Shown: one piece after another, positions 1 to 13,782 of the stretch
How positions within the stretch are numbered: position 1 is the stretch's first letter
How the letters are laid out: every line of letters starts with the position of its first letter
Assembly (NCBI GenBank): GCA_051294375.1
Contig: CM119267.1
Location: forward strand, 11,853,553 to 11,917,552
Origin: Paraspadella gotoi
Lineage: Eukaryota; Animalia; Chaetognatha
Direction: 5' to 3'
Length of the DNA stretch: 64,000 nt
Made by a program: the position numbers and the translations under genes
Notes under the pieces: model-generated
Told to the model about the DNA's origin: nothing
Databases searched by the model: none
Seen by the model: only the letters and a program-made list of their open reading frames with translations

Positions 1-582
1 CTGTCACAGTGTTTCAAGAAGGAATGATCCAAATCAATAATTAATATCAAGCACTTTTTTTCAACTATTTATTGTGTTTTAACTTTCTTTTCGTTGCGTT
101 TGGAATTTAGAGAAAACAGAGTTTTATTTGTTTTCTCTAAACTACTTATTTATTTATGTATTCATAAATAAAAGCATCTATATATTGGAATACGAAATCT
201 TGATTCGTGTACGTCTCTTGTCACTTATATAAATAAATATGAAAATTTTCTCTATCAATCATAAAAAAGAAGTTAAAACTTAAGTCTTTAAAGATTGCGG
301 AATAATAAAGCTAAAAATGCTACTATAACTACCTTTCTCCTATCTCAAAAATGAACGAAATTTTGCGAATGAACGAGTAATTTTTTGTAATGATGCCATG
401 ATTAATAAACATTAAACAAAGATCGTCAGTCAACCATTAAGTCTAACTGAGACATTGCACAACCAAATCTTTACAATGAAGAGGTATGAAATTGGTGCTG
501 AATCTGGACTCGAGGCAGCTCGACCGCAGAACTTTTCTACGTCTTTCCATTCGACGCCTAAGTTGGCGCATTAGTTTCCGGT

Positions 583-1950
583 TCAATTGGCATAGTGACC
601 ATTTGGCTGGTTGTTGGCTTTCTTGTATTCATTGACTTCATCGGCGTCTTCCTCCACCAGTTTGTTGTGGACATCCATGAGACCTGAGGAAAAGAATTTA
701 GTTAAGGTGATGGCAAAAGATCGCGAAAGATGTACGCAAACGCAAATACTAAACAAGCGCGTATTACAAGAGATATATTCATCAAAATAAATTAATATAA
801 GTTATATTGTATACACACAACAGCAGTTAAAATCATGTACTACTGATCGAATCTCACACTACGACCTCAGACTTTTGCCACTGTAAGTAAAAGAAAAATG
901 GGTTCACGAATCAGTTAACTAATATGAAACGATTAAAAGCAGTGAAATAAATATACAAGTGCTTTTAGTTAAACCGATCACGAATTTCTGACTAGAAACT
1001 TGAAACTCACCTTTGAAGTATTTGACGGTTTTGACTCTGAGTTCCAACGTCGCGTCTTCGTCGCACACGAACGTCGCCTTCGGGTGCAACTGGAACGCGC
1101 TCACCGTCCACATGTGATTCACGCCTGCGCGCGGAAGGAAAAGGTGTGAAATCTCGGTTGAACAAAGTGACAAAAGTGATGAGTGAAACTTCGAATCGGA
1201 AAAAGCCGTCGCGTTACGGGTTAACCCTCTCGCATCAAAAGTTAAGAATTTGAATAAGGCGTAAAATGTATGCAAATTGAAAAGGAAGAATGGGAAATAT
1301 CTGATTTAAAGCTCGAATAAGTACGCCGAGACTTATTACTTACAAAGAAGATAATAAAAACCCAAACGGTTTACTTAAATTTCTCAGAAAAAGAGTTTGT
1401 ACAATATACAATTTACATAGGACTTTAAAAAAGGAAAGCGTAAGCAAGGAGAGCTGGAAGTGAAAGTATAGCAGTAAAAGTGAGTGATGAAAGTTGGGAG
1501 AGAGGCGCGAAGTGAAGACGAGAAAGAACTGGCATCAAAATCGTAATCCTCGAAGATTGGAAATCATGAAAAAACTGAGCGAACTGAAGATTACAGAAAG
1601 AAAAATGATGATTATTTTTTTCCCGAAAAATATGAGCGACTTTGAACGGTGAAGGAAGAAAGTCGGGCGTGGAAATGGAAAAGAAGTTAGAATGGAAAGA
1701 GGGCAGAAAATTATGAGTGGGAAAAAACAAAAGATTTGAAAAAAAAATGGAAACAAAAGTTTGAAGGTTCGGAGACGAAAGATGGCGATGAAGATTTTGA
1801 GATGAGAAAAGTAAACCAAAGAATTTTGATGAAGCGAAAACGAATTAAGAAATTAGAAGAGATTAGAGAAAACTCGGGAAAGTGTATAAAGTATAAAGCA
1901 TATAATTAAGATTAATGAATAACGATTAACGATTAACATCGTCGCGATAT

Positions 1951-2042
<92 letters not shown>

Positions 2043-5000
2043 AATCGAATTCCTCCGGACCATTGCTCTTCCCAGATGCCATTTCGTAAAGCTTAAAACT
2101 CTAACAAATAGTTTTTCAACACTGGTTTCACTGATTGCCGTGAGCATTGTGCATATGTGCAATGTGCAACGAGTCATCGACATCGTGACCGTTGTGAAAT
2201 CCCGCGCTATAAAATATTTACTTTATGAAGCGATTTTAACATTTTAAATAAGATTATCATCAATATATAAAATAAGACATACATTTTTAAGTGTATTTTC
2301 TTGATAGTTGATTTTGTTTGTAATGAGCGAAAAAAGATAAGGAGTGAATTGAAACTGTTTTGAATCAGAAATATAATGGACAGTATTCTGTTTTTTAAAA
2401 CTAAGCGTTAGTCCATCATGAGTTAGCAACTTTGATATACTGGCGTTCTTAACATGATATATTTTTATGGTACAGTCTTCTGAGGGCTTTCGAGGATTAT
2501 CATATTAATTGCTCATTTTTTATGATACTTTTTTATAAAATCCTCATGAAGTAAGACCGAAATTTTTTTTTCAAGAGAACTATTTCGAACCGTGGCGACA
2601 TTTTTCCAACCACCTGTTAAAGTAAAGTAACCGACAGGACACGATATCTATACATAAAAATGTTATGTCGTTTTTCTCTAGTAATGTGTTTCTTTTTTCA
2701 AAAATGTTAAAAACCCGCCTACCATCTACTTTCTTCCTCAACCCTTCCCCTTTTGCACACACTTCTTCGGTGGCTTTGTAGCAACGCGATACGCCTTGTG
2801 AGATCCCGTGAATGAGGGATGCATGGACTTCGGGCGCGCGTTCCATGCACGGGTTCCACGCCCAACCGTCAGCGCCCGATGGTGCGGGCAGCCGGCTTGG
2901 GGACTAAAGAGACTCGTGATGTGCTATATTATCTGCTGATCACGAGTCGCTTTGATTCACGTCTAGTCGTGACTCATTATTCGTAGGTCGGTTGGTCGAT
3001 CGTTTCTTAAGTCATTTGGTCGGTCAGATAATCTATCGCTTTGTCGGTAGTTCCTTTCGTCGTCACCTTGGTCATTTTGTTGGCCATTTCGTCGGTCAGT
3101 ATTTTCTTGTTTCGACGGTCTTTTGGTCTGTCGGTTAATCTATTAGTTTGGTTATTTCGTCGGTATTTTTTCAGGTCGTTCTCGTCTCGTTTTGTTGGTT
3201 ATTTTGTCGGTCAGATTGTCGGTTACTAAAACTATCAGTTCGTGTACAAGTGTTTGTTAGTTTGTTAGTCGTTCCTTTGGTTCCTTTGGCTTCTTTCGGT
3301 TTGTCCGTGTTTTCCTCGCTGTCGGCCTCACCTTGGAGAGGTCATTGCCGAAGAATCTTGAGTTGGCGTCGATGGTGTCTTTGGCGAGCGTCTTGACTCT
3401 CGTCCGCGAGGCGAGAGAGGATCCGGGTTCGTTGAAGGCGATGTGGCCGTCGGGGCCGATTCCGCCGATGAAGAGGTCCACGCCTGCAGAAGAAAAGGAG
3501 AGAGATAATTTAGCGCCATCTATTCGGGTTCCTCTCTACTTTTTTTTCTTTTATAACTTCTCATTTTTATCTACGATATTCTTAAGTAGTTTTAACTTCT
3601 TTAACTTCTTCTTATTCTTCTTCTTCTTCTTCTTCTTCTTCTTCTTCTTCTTTCCATTCTCCATTGGTTTCCATTATTATTATCGTCTCCTTGTCTCTTC
3701 TCATTCTTCTCCCGCTCACATTTAATTTCCCGTTTTTGATTTCCCCATTCTAAATCTAAGCTGCTTATCCTGCTCGGGCGGATATTTAAATTATTTCAAG
3801 GAATTATCGGACAGCCAATGGCAATAAAGGAATAAGTTCGGTCCTTTCTTTTAGTCACCTTTGCGTCATCTACATTGAACAAAGCCCAAATGCTTTTAAC
3901 GCTCTCTCTTCTCTCTTCTCTCTCTCTCTCTCTCTCGCCGTCATTTATTTATCCCAGAATAGTAAAATATGATATATTTGTTAATAATATTTTTTTAAAA
4001 AGTAAATTTTTAAAAATATATTTTTAAACTTTTAATAAATTATCAGATTCTTCAACAAAAGTTGAATAAAAAATATAAAAATGTTATCAAAAAATTCTGT
4101 CATCTTCAAGCATTTAAAATGGGAAAAAAAAAATAAAAAAATTATGACTTTTTTATCTTGTAGAAAAGAACTTAATATATGTTTATAAAATATTTTAGTC
4201 TTATTTTGCCGGACTAAACATAAATATCATGATAACAATATTTATATAAAAGTTTCTAATCTTTTTTTATGGCGAATCCAAATCTGTCTTTAAAACATAA
4301 AAATTAATTTTTTTTAAAATTAACGATATTTTAAGATATTACTACCTAATTAATTGAATTTACAATACTGTTATGGCTTAAAAAAAGATTTTAAATTCGT
4401 TAATTACATATCCATAAGCAGTAAAAATAATTTTCTCATCCAACTCATTTCATGGCACTTCACACCTAACTGATCAGGGTTAGGATTAGGTTAAGGATAG
4501 GTTCAGGATTAAGTTAAGGGGATAGCTTTAGCGGTAAGCTTAGGGTTTAAATCATTATTGTTTGCGTTACCAAAAGTAAAGAGAATTTTTGCTTAAAACA
4601 ACGAGTTTGTTTATAAATATTTGTACAATGTTCGGTCCTTGGTTTTGGTTTAAAATTAGGGAATACTCACTCCGATTTTGGAACAGAAATGGTTCCTCTC
4701 TCGTTCTCTCTCGTCTCTCTCTCATCTCTCTTCTCTCTTGTTAGCGATTTTTATCTTGTTATTTGAGACAAAATCTCCCCTCCGCGCCCGTTGACCTTAC
4801 ACCCACCGGAACCCGTGTACTTACCTTCTGCGATCTGCACCATCGCTTTTGGTGTGGACGTTTTGTGCCGCGCGAGCGACTCGCTGGCTTTCGCGCCGTC
4901 ATCTCCAATTTTGATCCAGAGATCTAGAGTAATCTGAGAGACCAGAGCAAGTACGGCCAGGCCCAGCGGTGATCCAGCCCACAAGCAGCACCAGGCGGTA

Positions 5001-7546
5001 TGCCGTGTCCTGACCTCTTGGAGTCTGCCGTGAGCGAGGAAAGTGGAAGGAGGTGGAGGTGGTGTAGGTGTCGTTTCACCCATAATTTGAAAGTTTTTCA
5101 GATGTTAATTTACCATCTAGTGAAAATATTCCGTTGGGAGTAAAAAAATAATATTGTTACTCTTTTTTGTCAAAGTTGGGCAACCGCCTTATGTGTAACC
5201 ATCGCCTAAAGGAAAAAAAGAACACCTGGCACATTTTCGTCAAATCCTGAACTGAATCCACGTGAGCCAATACAACGTCGAAAAGATCTTATATAGTGCC
5301 CCACCTTCCAAGGATGACATGCCAGTAAAAATTTCACTCTCTCTTCATGACCCGAACGGCTCACGACAGCGAGCAGTTACTGTGTCGATGGAGCTATATA
5401 GGGTATAGGCGAGATATAATAAAGAAAAAAAAACTCTTAATATGCAAACACTTCGGAAGAAAAAATCAGCATCTAGCAGCGGCGCAGCCTGCGGAGACGA
5501 CAAAACAAAAACAGTAAAGCGAATGTCCGCTCCGTCTTCCCTAAATACCAATTCCAACTAACACGGATTCAATCGACGAGCGTTTCTTTTTTTTTACTTT
5601 TATCTCTTTTAATAATTATCGAAGGACAAAGCTCGGCCGTAATTAATCTAAAAATCAGAACGTGAAAAAGGAGAAGAAATTATATCGATCTCTACATCGT
5701 CGCGTTAATCGGAATTATCGACAATTGCAACTTCAAGATGGACGGGAGGAAACGAAAAATAAAAAAAAAAAGAACAATACGGAGAGACGAACCCAATTTG
5801 TTTTTCCGTTTCTCGTGGAAAAAATTCGGAACAGGTTTCTATTTTTTTTTTTCGAGACGTCTTCACCTGCTCTGCTGTTTCGATTCTTAATCAATTTTCT
5901 GCATAAATTTTTTATTTTAAAAACTTCTTTGGGTCTCTCAGTTAGTGCAAGTGTCTCTCCGACGAAACGAAACTAAGTATGTTGTCAAACCAGCTCAAAT
6001 AAGTTCATCTGTCGTCGTCTCGTTGCTCTTCGTCGTCGCCTGCCCGCAATCCAACCTTCGATCTTCACCTTAACTGTGAAAAACGGAGAAACGAAATATC
6101 TTTTCTAAAAAATGACATGACGCTATAGTATTATAGCTTTATAGCGGCTTTGTCTGTTCCTTGTACTTTTGTTGTTTTTGTTTCTATAGTTGGTAAATTA
6201 TATCTTTTTGTTTCTGAACATTCCGTTTCCTGTTTTTACTTCTTCTTCGTTTGTTATCTTTTCTGAAATATTTTTTGTTCTTTTTTCTCTTTCTTTCTTT
6301 CTTTCTTCTTGACCATATCTCGTGTCCTCTTTATTCCACGCTGTCTAGACTATACTCCTCTTACTTCCGTTTCTTGTCTTATCTTCGTGCCCTTCTTTTC
6401 TCTTTCTTTCTTTCTTCATCTTTTTCTTTTTTCTTTCTATCGTCTCCTTTTTCTTCTCTGCTTTCTCACTATCCATGTCTCATTCTGCCTCAACCAGTTT
6501 TCCAGCACTACGCCTGTTAGCGAACGATGTCCTCACGTATCTCTGAGCTCTATCATCGCTCAATTCTCTCACTGCGAGTCTCTCTCCTCTCTCGTCTCTC
6601 TCTTCTGCGAAGTCTCTCGATGTTACGCTCGAGCAGTCGCGAAAACGCTTCTCCAGCCCGCCGCAACCTGAAATAAGCACGCGGCAGATCTCCGACTCGC
6701 GATTGGTCTACAAGGGGAAGGTGGGCAGGCGCGGATCAGCCGGCCTGGCGGCGGCGGCGGGGCGGGGGCCGTGGAAGGCGGCAACGGGAGAACTTTTGCT
6801 CGCGCTTGAATCAGCTGATCGAAGGAAAACTCTCGAGGGTGATCTAAATAGAATGTTCCGGAAACCGACGACTAAAATCCGTTCGATAATCGGCGATAGG
6901 GGACGGGGGGGGTTTCGTCCCGTAGGTGCGCCTTTTGTCAATGTGTCAAACATGGCGCCTCGTCCTCTGCGACGACGACGAAAATCGGATTTTGAGGTCG
7001 CACATTGTAGGATTCTCGTCTGCGGATTCGACATGGAATTGTGGAAATTTTGATGAGAAAAAAAATGCGATTTTAAAATAAGACTTCGCAGTTAATTCAC
7101 CGCATCATTATCAACGTTTTTAAAATTTTGTAAATATGATTTTCTTTTCGCCAATTGTCTCTTCTTTTAAGCAACAAAATCCTCATCATATGAACTTTCG
7201 AAGTCTGATACGTTGATTCCATCGTTCACCGCTTATGTCTTCCATTGTCCTTTCTTTTTTTAAGTCCTTTAATCATTGACCTTTAATTCATTGTTATTTA
7301 AAAGGAGAAAGTATTTTGAAATTGAATTTACCACTACCAACGACAATTAAAACCGAATAATTAACAATTTGAACTGAGCTATGAATTAATCTTTTTCGGT
7401 AATAAAGGTTTAAAAATATTCCATTTTTTTAAAGGAAGGATTTTTTGGGGATTTGCCATTCGTTAAAAACGCAAATCAAGTTCTTGAATGCATGGGACCG
7501 AGTGCAGAGAGGATCGGTCAGTGCTGACGGATAGAAGAGAAAGAAA

Positions 7547-7577
<31 letters not shown>

Positions 7578-9678
7578 GGAGAGAGAGAGAGAGAGAGAGA
7601 CGAGAGAGAGAAGAGAGAGAGAGAGGAGAGAGAGAGAGAGACTCGTTAATATCGACTTTTGCGGTCACCAGATTACTAATGATGTTCAGTTCAAACTGAT
7701 CTCTCTCATTTTAAAGTCCGCGACGGACGACGACGAAACGACGAAAACGACGGATAATCAGCATGACAACGATGCCGACGAAATCGGTCGTCGCCGATTA
7801 CGATGACCTACGACACGGCGTGGCTGCGGACGCGACGACGACGACGAAAAGTTGACGCCTTTTTCGAAACCGGTCGTCTTTCCCGTTTTTATCGTTTTAT
7901 TGGCTACATCGTTTTGGGATGAAAAAATTTCGCCGTAACTAATTTTATTTGAAATAAAATAGTTCATTTCTTAATTTGTGTAGACTGAAGAACCTTGATA
8001 GATTGTTAAAATTTTTGTTGGGCGGGAATCGGGGTCTTAATAACTTTTTTAATTTGTAATTGATTTTTATTTTTTCATAGGAAAACTTCAACTCGAAAAT
8101 TTATGTTAATGAAAAAATACGTCACCATAAAAACAAATACAAAGCTCAAACGTAGAAGTAAAAAAAAAGAAAAAAGGTCCGTCGTCCAAATTTAAAAAAA
8201 GAAAAAAAAAGAAAAACATTTGAAAAGAAAGTTGAACGAAAATGCGAACTTCATAATTTTTGGACGGAAAAAGATGAAGTGGCTGATTGGTTCGGCCAAT
8301 ACGTTCAAAAGAAATTCATCAGGTGAATAGTAAATCATAATCAATAAAGAAAACATCGTTAATATATAATCCTTATGAATAAAAATGCCTGTTATTTTTA
8401 AAAACGAAAAGTCAGCCTTATCTTTGTTATTTTGCTCCTCGGCGAATTATCTACAGTACCGGAAACCAGAATGTCGTAAGGCTGTACATTGGGAAAACTT
8501 TTCATTTATAGGATAAATAGCTTTAGAATTTTATAGGAAGGTTGCCTGATGGCTGGCCATATGCCCATTTAAGCAAATTTTCAAAAAAATAATCTTAACC
8601 ACTTAAAAATTGGGGCGTTCAAAAATTTTTTTTTAAAAACTCTGCATAGCTCTAATATATTTTAAATTTTTTTTCTTAAATTTGCCAACTTATACTCAAG
8701 AGGGTTTGTAAATTCTGTAGAAATAATTGTTACCTATTCAAAATTTTTTTTCCATATTTATCAGTTGCTAATATTTTAGCATGGGTTCATTTTTTCAATG
8801 ATGCATAACTTCCTGTATTTGGAATATTATGGTTTTAAATTTTAGTAATAGGTGGGGCCTTTGGGTAAGTCCTACAATACATATAAATTTCAATCATTTT
8901 GAAAAACTTTTTGACCACAGGTCATTTTTTTTTTACAAATCAATTGTCAATCCTGCCTAAAAAATTAGTATTGCAAATAATGTTATTCGTTGCCTATAAA
9001 TTCAGTTAAAACATATTTAAAATAAGCCCCTAAAGCAAAAAATTTTTCTCACATTTTAAAAACTCATTTGATATATGTTGCAGGCAGTGATTTTGCTTTG
9101 GGTATTTTTCAATAATGAAATTGGAACTTAAAATAACTATAATTCTTTTTTCCCACGATAAATATGAAAACACTCTTTATTTAAAAAACGGTTGGCATTA
9201 GTTATCTTTTCCTTAAACATAAAACTCACTGGGTAAATTTCTATGCTTTCAAAATACGGTAAGACATTATTTCTTTCAACCTTCAAATCATTCAATGACG
9301 GTTCAGCCTTAATTAAGGAAGAAACTAAAAACGATGTTTTTCATGGTAAGAACAACTTTTAAGAAAAATTGGCTCGTAAGAACTGTTGCCGTTTTTTTAG
9401 ATATAAACTACTACTTAGGCAAAAAATCGGCACACACTATGGTAGGAAACTTTTTTTCTTAGTTTTCCATTGGCTTTTTCTTAATTTCTTTCTTTTTCGA
9501 ACTTTTGGTCTGACTACTCTCTTTTTCTCTTCTCTCTGTTGTTAAGTATGTTTGATGCTTCACGCCCCATAATTAAGCGTTAAAATTTTATTTTATTTTA
9601 TTTGACATAGTCGGTAACTTCTGTCTTCAGCTCGGCCTGCACCTGTCAATACTATCCTACTCAATTCTTGGGTGGACG

Positions 9679-9709
<31 letters not shown>

Positions 9710-12700
9710 TCTCTCAGGCATAATTTTGACAAATTTCTTATAAAATTCACATGTTGCGTGAAGAAGACTCGAAAAAGAATCGAAACTGTCCCGTGTTTCA
9801 AAGAATAAGTCGTGTTTGTAAAACAAAATAACTTTTTCTCTCTTATTTTATTTCGCGAAAACTTCGTAGTAGCGTATGATTTTATCAAAGTTTGGTGCCA
9901 AGGCAGATTTAAAAAATCGAGCAGATTTTTGCGGAAATTTTTTCCGCCAAAAAAAGCTTGTCATTGAGAGAATTAAATTTGCTGACGCTTCCTTTCAATA
10001 AAAGAAGGGCGGTTTTTTGTTTTAATTGTCAACCTTAGTATGTTTATCATGTCTTAAAACTATAAAATAGTTTAAAAACCGTGTTTTAGTTCAAATAAAC
10101 GCACCTCAACAAACCTCACAAATTAAAAGTGACTTAATTTTTTGGAGCAAAAGTATTAAAATTTGCCCGAATTTTTTAGTACCAGAAGCACGTTCATAGG
10201 GGCAATATTATTAGAATTGTGAACATTTTGAATTATTTTTGTTTTAACAAATTGTAATAAATTATAAAAATGTTAAAGTTTTTTTGACCAGCAATTTAAA
10301 TTAATTCCCATAGGGTAAACAATAAATGAACCAACTGAAATTAACAAACTCAAGAGTTAAAGCCAAAGATAAGAAGGACCCGGAAAGCCGGACATAGTAA
10401 AAAAATTTTTTCTTCAATGATCTTTTGGCATTCAAATCTTCAAGGACAAAAGTGGAAAGATGGCGACATAAAGGACATAATTTGTTTATTAAAATTAGCA
10501 AAATTGAACTATTATTCATGATTTAAAAAAGGCGCCAGCATGATTTCAATTAATCCGGTAGTTAGGCCCACTTTGTCTTTAGGATTCAAATTAATCAATT
10601 TTTGAACGGTAATATTCTCAGCAATTATTGCCAAAAAGTGGTTTTTTTTTTTCTGGAATTCCTCGATCAAAATCACTGCCTGCATTTATTATAATTTTTT
10701 AAATTTTTTCACATAAACTAATCCATTTTTTAAAATTTTTGTGTACACAAGATAATATATAATCAGACCTTTAAAAAATACCATCAAACCTAATTTTTAT
10801 TATAAATTTCAAATATATTTAATGTATTTTAAATATTACTAAAAATAGGATTTTAATAAGCATTCTGCTAACTTTTTCAAAGTGGCATCATTGAAAAGAG
10901 GGGCAAACTCAATGATTCCAAATATATAATTCTTTATTTACCAAATTTAATGTCCCAAAGATGCAGAGATAATTCTTTTCCAAAGGCTCAAAATTGAGAA
11001 AAAACACTTACTTTTTAATCGTTAATAGAAAATGCGACTATTGAAAGTTTTGTTTCAATACTGGTAACTAGTGTCAAGAATTGTGCATATTTTGTGGTAA
11101 TGTCCATGTCAGGGAAGAAATAAATATATAGTAGATTCCTCAATCGATTTTTTAAATTTGCCAGAACCATTTTACTTTTTACCAAGTTTAGAGTATCTGA
11201 AATGTTTCTCTGATTACGCAAAATAGAATTGAGAAAATAAAAAATTAATAGTACCAATAGTTGGTGTTATGTCTCAAATAGATGGAAAAAAAAACCTTGT
11301 TTAAAAAATTTGATCTTGGCACTGATAACATTATGGAAAAAATTTTGATAAGTAACAATATTCTCAGAAGTTAAACCCTTTGAGTAGTATTTAAGTGGCC
11401 AAAATTTTGAAGAAAAAAATTATAACAAAATTTGCGAGCTATGCAGTTTTTAAAAAAAAAATTTGACCAATTTTTAAGTGGTTTAAGACTTATTTTTTTT
11501 TGAAAAATTGCCTTAATGGGGCAATAGCCAGCCACCAGGCAAACTTCCTATTAAAATCTTTAAAGCCATTAATCCTATAAATGGAAAAGTTTTCATTGAT
11601 ACAGACTTACGGACATTCTAGGTTCCGGTTACTGTATTACATTGTGGTTCGTTTATTAAATCCTAAAAATCGCTGTTACCCACGTAAAAAACTCTTGAGC
11701 ATGAACAAATTATTAGAAAATTTTAATATTTTATTATTCTTATATATAGGTTTATTATCAAATGAAAGTGGTACAACCAAATTAAATTCAATAATAATCT
11801 ATTCTTGCACCTTGACTGTCATAGCAAACAAACCGGGGTCCCTCAAACCCACTTTTGTTCTGGGTCTCCGACGGGGGAGCACCCCGCGGGGATGTACAAA
11901 AAGCTGAATCGAGTATTACCAGAAGGGCCGAGCTCTCCTTCCAAATTACGTGAAGACCTTCAACATGGACGATACGGGGGTTGCCAAGGAATTCACCCCG
12001 AGGCTATCACACGTGAGTCAGAAGCGAGAGGAAAGGTGAAATTAAAATGAGTGAATTAAATTAATGGATGACTTAAATCCAATCAATCCATTAATTAAAT
12101 GTAAATAGGTGCGAGATAGAAAAAAAAGATTAGAAAAAAAAGGAAAGAAGAAAGAGTGAAAAAGAAAAGAAAGAAAGAAAGAAAAGACTAGAAAGAAAGA
12201 AAGAAGATAAGACAAAAAGAAAGACAAAGACGGAGAAAGACATAAAAATTGAAAAGAGACAATAGCTCCAATAATCCTCAAATGGAACACTTTTTTTCAT
12301 AGCCGACCTGTCATTTTCCCAGCTTCATGTGGGAAAACTTCTTCAAACACATCGACATCCTCCCGACCAACAACTCACATCCTCGACGGAAACGCGACCG
12401 ACACTCGACGCCCGGAGTGCGAGGAGTTTGAGGGAAGATCAAAGCGGGCGCGGAGGGAATAGGGGGGCGAGGGGGAGGAAGGAGAAGTTAAAAAGGGAGG
12501 AAAGAATGGGGGAAAGAAAAAAAAGAGGAGAGGGAAGTAGGAGAAGGAATGAGTATACTATAGGGGGAAGAGGTTAAAGAGGGAGAGAGAGAGAGAAAGA
12601 GCGGAGACGCGGAGAGAAGTCTGAATGGCGACAGGGAGCCGGACATCGTTGGGAGAAAGAGGAGAGAAAAGAGGAGACGTACAGAGAGGAGAGGAAAGAG

Positions 12701-12991
12701 AGACGAGAGACAGACGAGAGATGAGAGANNNNNNNNNNNNNNNNNNNNNNNNNACATTTTTAGGATTTATAAACGAAACCACAATGTAATAGAGATTTCG
12801 CCGAGACAAAATACAAAGATAAGGCTGACTTTCGTTTTTAAAAATAAAGGCATTTTATTCATAAGGATATTCTATTACGATGTTTTTTTATTGAATATTG
12901 ATTTACTATTCACCTGATGAATTTTCTTTTTGACGTATTTGGCCGACCAATCAGCCACTTCATCTTTTCCGTCCAAAATTATGAGTCGCAT
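583..12991 (-). CDS. GNPDA: Glucosamine-6-phosphate deaminase/isomerase, 7 exons; exons 2-3 displaced to the + strand
   Basis: Minus-strand exons: 12991-12914 ([26 protein letters not shown]); 3483-3332 ([51 protein letters not shown]); ~2895-2762 (indel-ridden, reads as [38 protein letters not shown] once stray bases are removed); 1124-1011 ([38 protein letters not shown]); 683-583 ([13 protein letters not shown]...HYAN*). The clean exons have GT-AG ends with consistent phases and match animal GNPDA1/2 motifs. Confidence 0.95.
4825..5030 (-). other. Frameshifted inverted copy of the K2P TM4 exon (16094-16275)
   Basis: Shares LGLAxLALVxQI and RHKTxxxKAMVQI with the intact exon; several indels. 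Confidence 0.85.
8242..8321 (+). other. GNPDA: Inverted, error-rich second copy of GNPDA exon 1
   Basis: atgcgaacttcataatttttggacggaaaaagatgaagtggctgattgg...catcag/gtgaat is the reverse complement of 12914-12991 with scattered 1-bp indels. Confidence 0.9.
8454..11634. mobile_element. Tc1/mariner-like DNA transposon, ~3.2 kb, apparently non-autonomous, in GNPDA intron 1
   Basis: TA|CAGTACCGGAAACCAGAATGTC...GACATTCTAGGTTCCGGTTACTG|TA; imperfect TIRs of ~190 bp (8454-8650 vs 11440-11634); internal inverted motif gcaggcagtgattttg at ~9080 and ~10668; empty TA site at 12790-12791 in the other copy. No transposase recognised. Confidence 0.85.
11826..12455 (+). CDS. GNPDA: GNPDA exons 2 and 3 in the wrong orientation (error-rich sequence)
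   Basis: Reading across indels, ~11826-12012 gives [38 protein letters not shown]...LPRxHPExYH then gtgagt, and ~12322-12455 gives [43 protein letters not shown]. These are exactly the GNPDA segments missing between exon 1 and the 3483 exon. Confidence 0.9.
12729..12753. other. Assembly gap (25 N) at the orientation switch
   Basis: Run of exactly 25 N. Confidence 1.
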
Positions 12992-13594
12992 TTTCGTTCA
13001 ACTTTCTTTTCAAATGTTTTTCTTTTTTTTTTCTTTTTTTAAATTTGGACGACGGACCTTTTTTCTTTTTTTTCTTCTTCTACGTTTGGAGTTTTGTATT
13101 TGTTTTTACTTGCTGACGTCTTTTTTTCATTAACATGAAATTTTCGAGTTGAAGTTTTCTATGAAAAAACTAAAAATCAATACAAATTAAAAAGTTATAA
13201 GACCCCGATACCCCCCAACAAAAATTTAACAATCTATCAAGGTTCTTTCAGTCTACACAAATTAGAAAAGAACTATTTTATTTCAAATAAAATTTAGTTA
13301 GCGCGAATGTTTTCATCCCAAAACGATGTAGCAATAAAACGATAAAACGGGAAAGACGACCCGGTTTCGAAAAGCGTCACTTTCGTCGTCGTCGTCGTCG
13401 TCGTCGCCAGCCACGCCGTCGTGGTCATCGTAATCGCGACGACCGATTTCGTCGGCATCGTTGTCATGCTGATTCGTCGTTTTCGTCGTCGTCGTCGTCG
13501 TCGCGGACTTTAAAATGAGAGATCCAGTTTTGAACTGAAAATCATTAGTAATCTGTGACCGCAAAGTCGATATTACGAGTCTCTCTCTCTCTCT

Positions 13595-13782
13595 NNNNNN
13601 NNNNNNNNNNNNNNNNNNNNNNNNNNNNNNNNNNNNNNNNNNNNNNNNNNNNNNNNNNNNNNNNNNNNNNNNNNNNNNNNNNNNNNNNNNNNNNNNNNNN
13701 NNNNNNNNNNNNNNNNNNNNNNNNNNNNNNNNNNNNNNNNNNNNNNNNNNNNNNNNNNNNNNNNNNNNNNNNNNNNNNNNNN
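13595..13782. other. Assembly gap (188 N) in a (CT)n tract
   Basis: N run. The inverted copy has an (AG)n-rich tract at ~7530-7640 at the equivalent position. Confidence 1.

Larger units (their letters stand above)
3945..11670 (-). repeat. Inverted copy of ~12754-19625 (probable mis-oriented haplotype or gap-fill segment)
   Basis: Colinear reverse-complement matches: 3950-4610 to 19625-18990; 4620-5340 to 16490-15800; 6620-7090 to 14650-14230; 7640-8452 to 13580-12790; 11635-11670 to 12790-12754. Differences are mostly single-base indels. Confidence 0.9.

Noticed and set aside
4470-4550. ttaggg/ttagg-like words (also 19050-19120) suggesting an interstitial telomere
   Set aside because: Degenerate and not a tandem array; part of a dispersed repeat.
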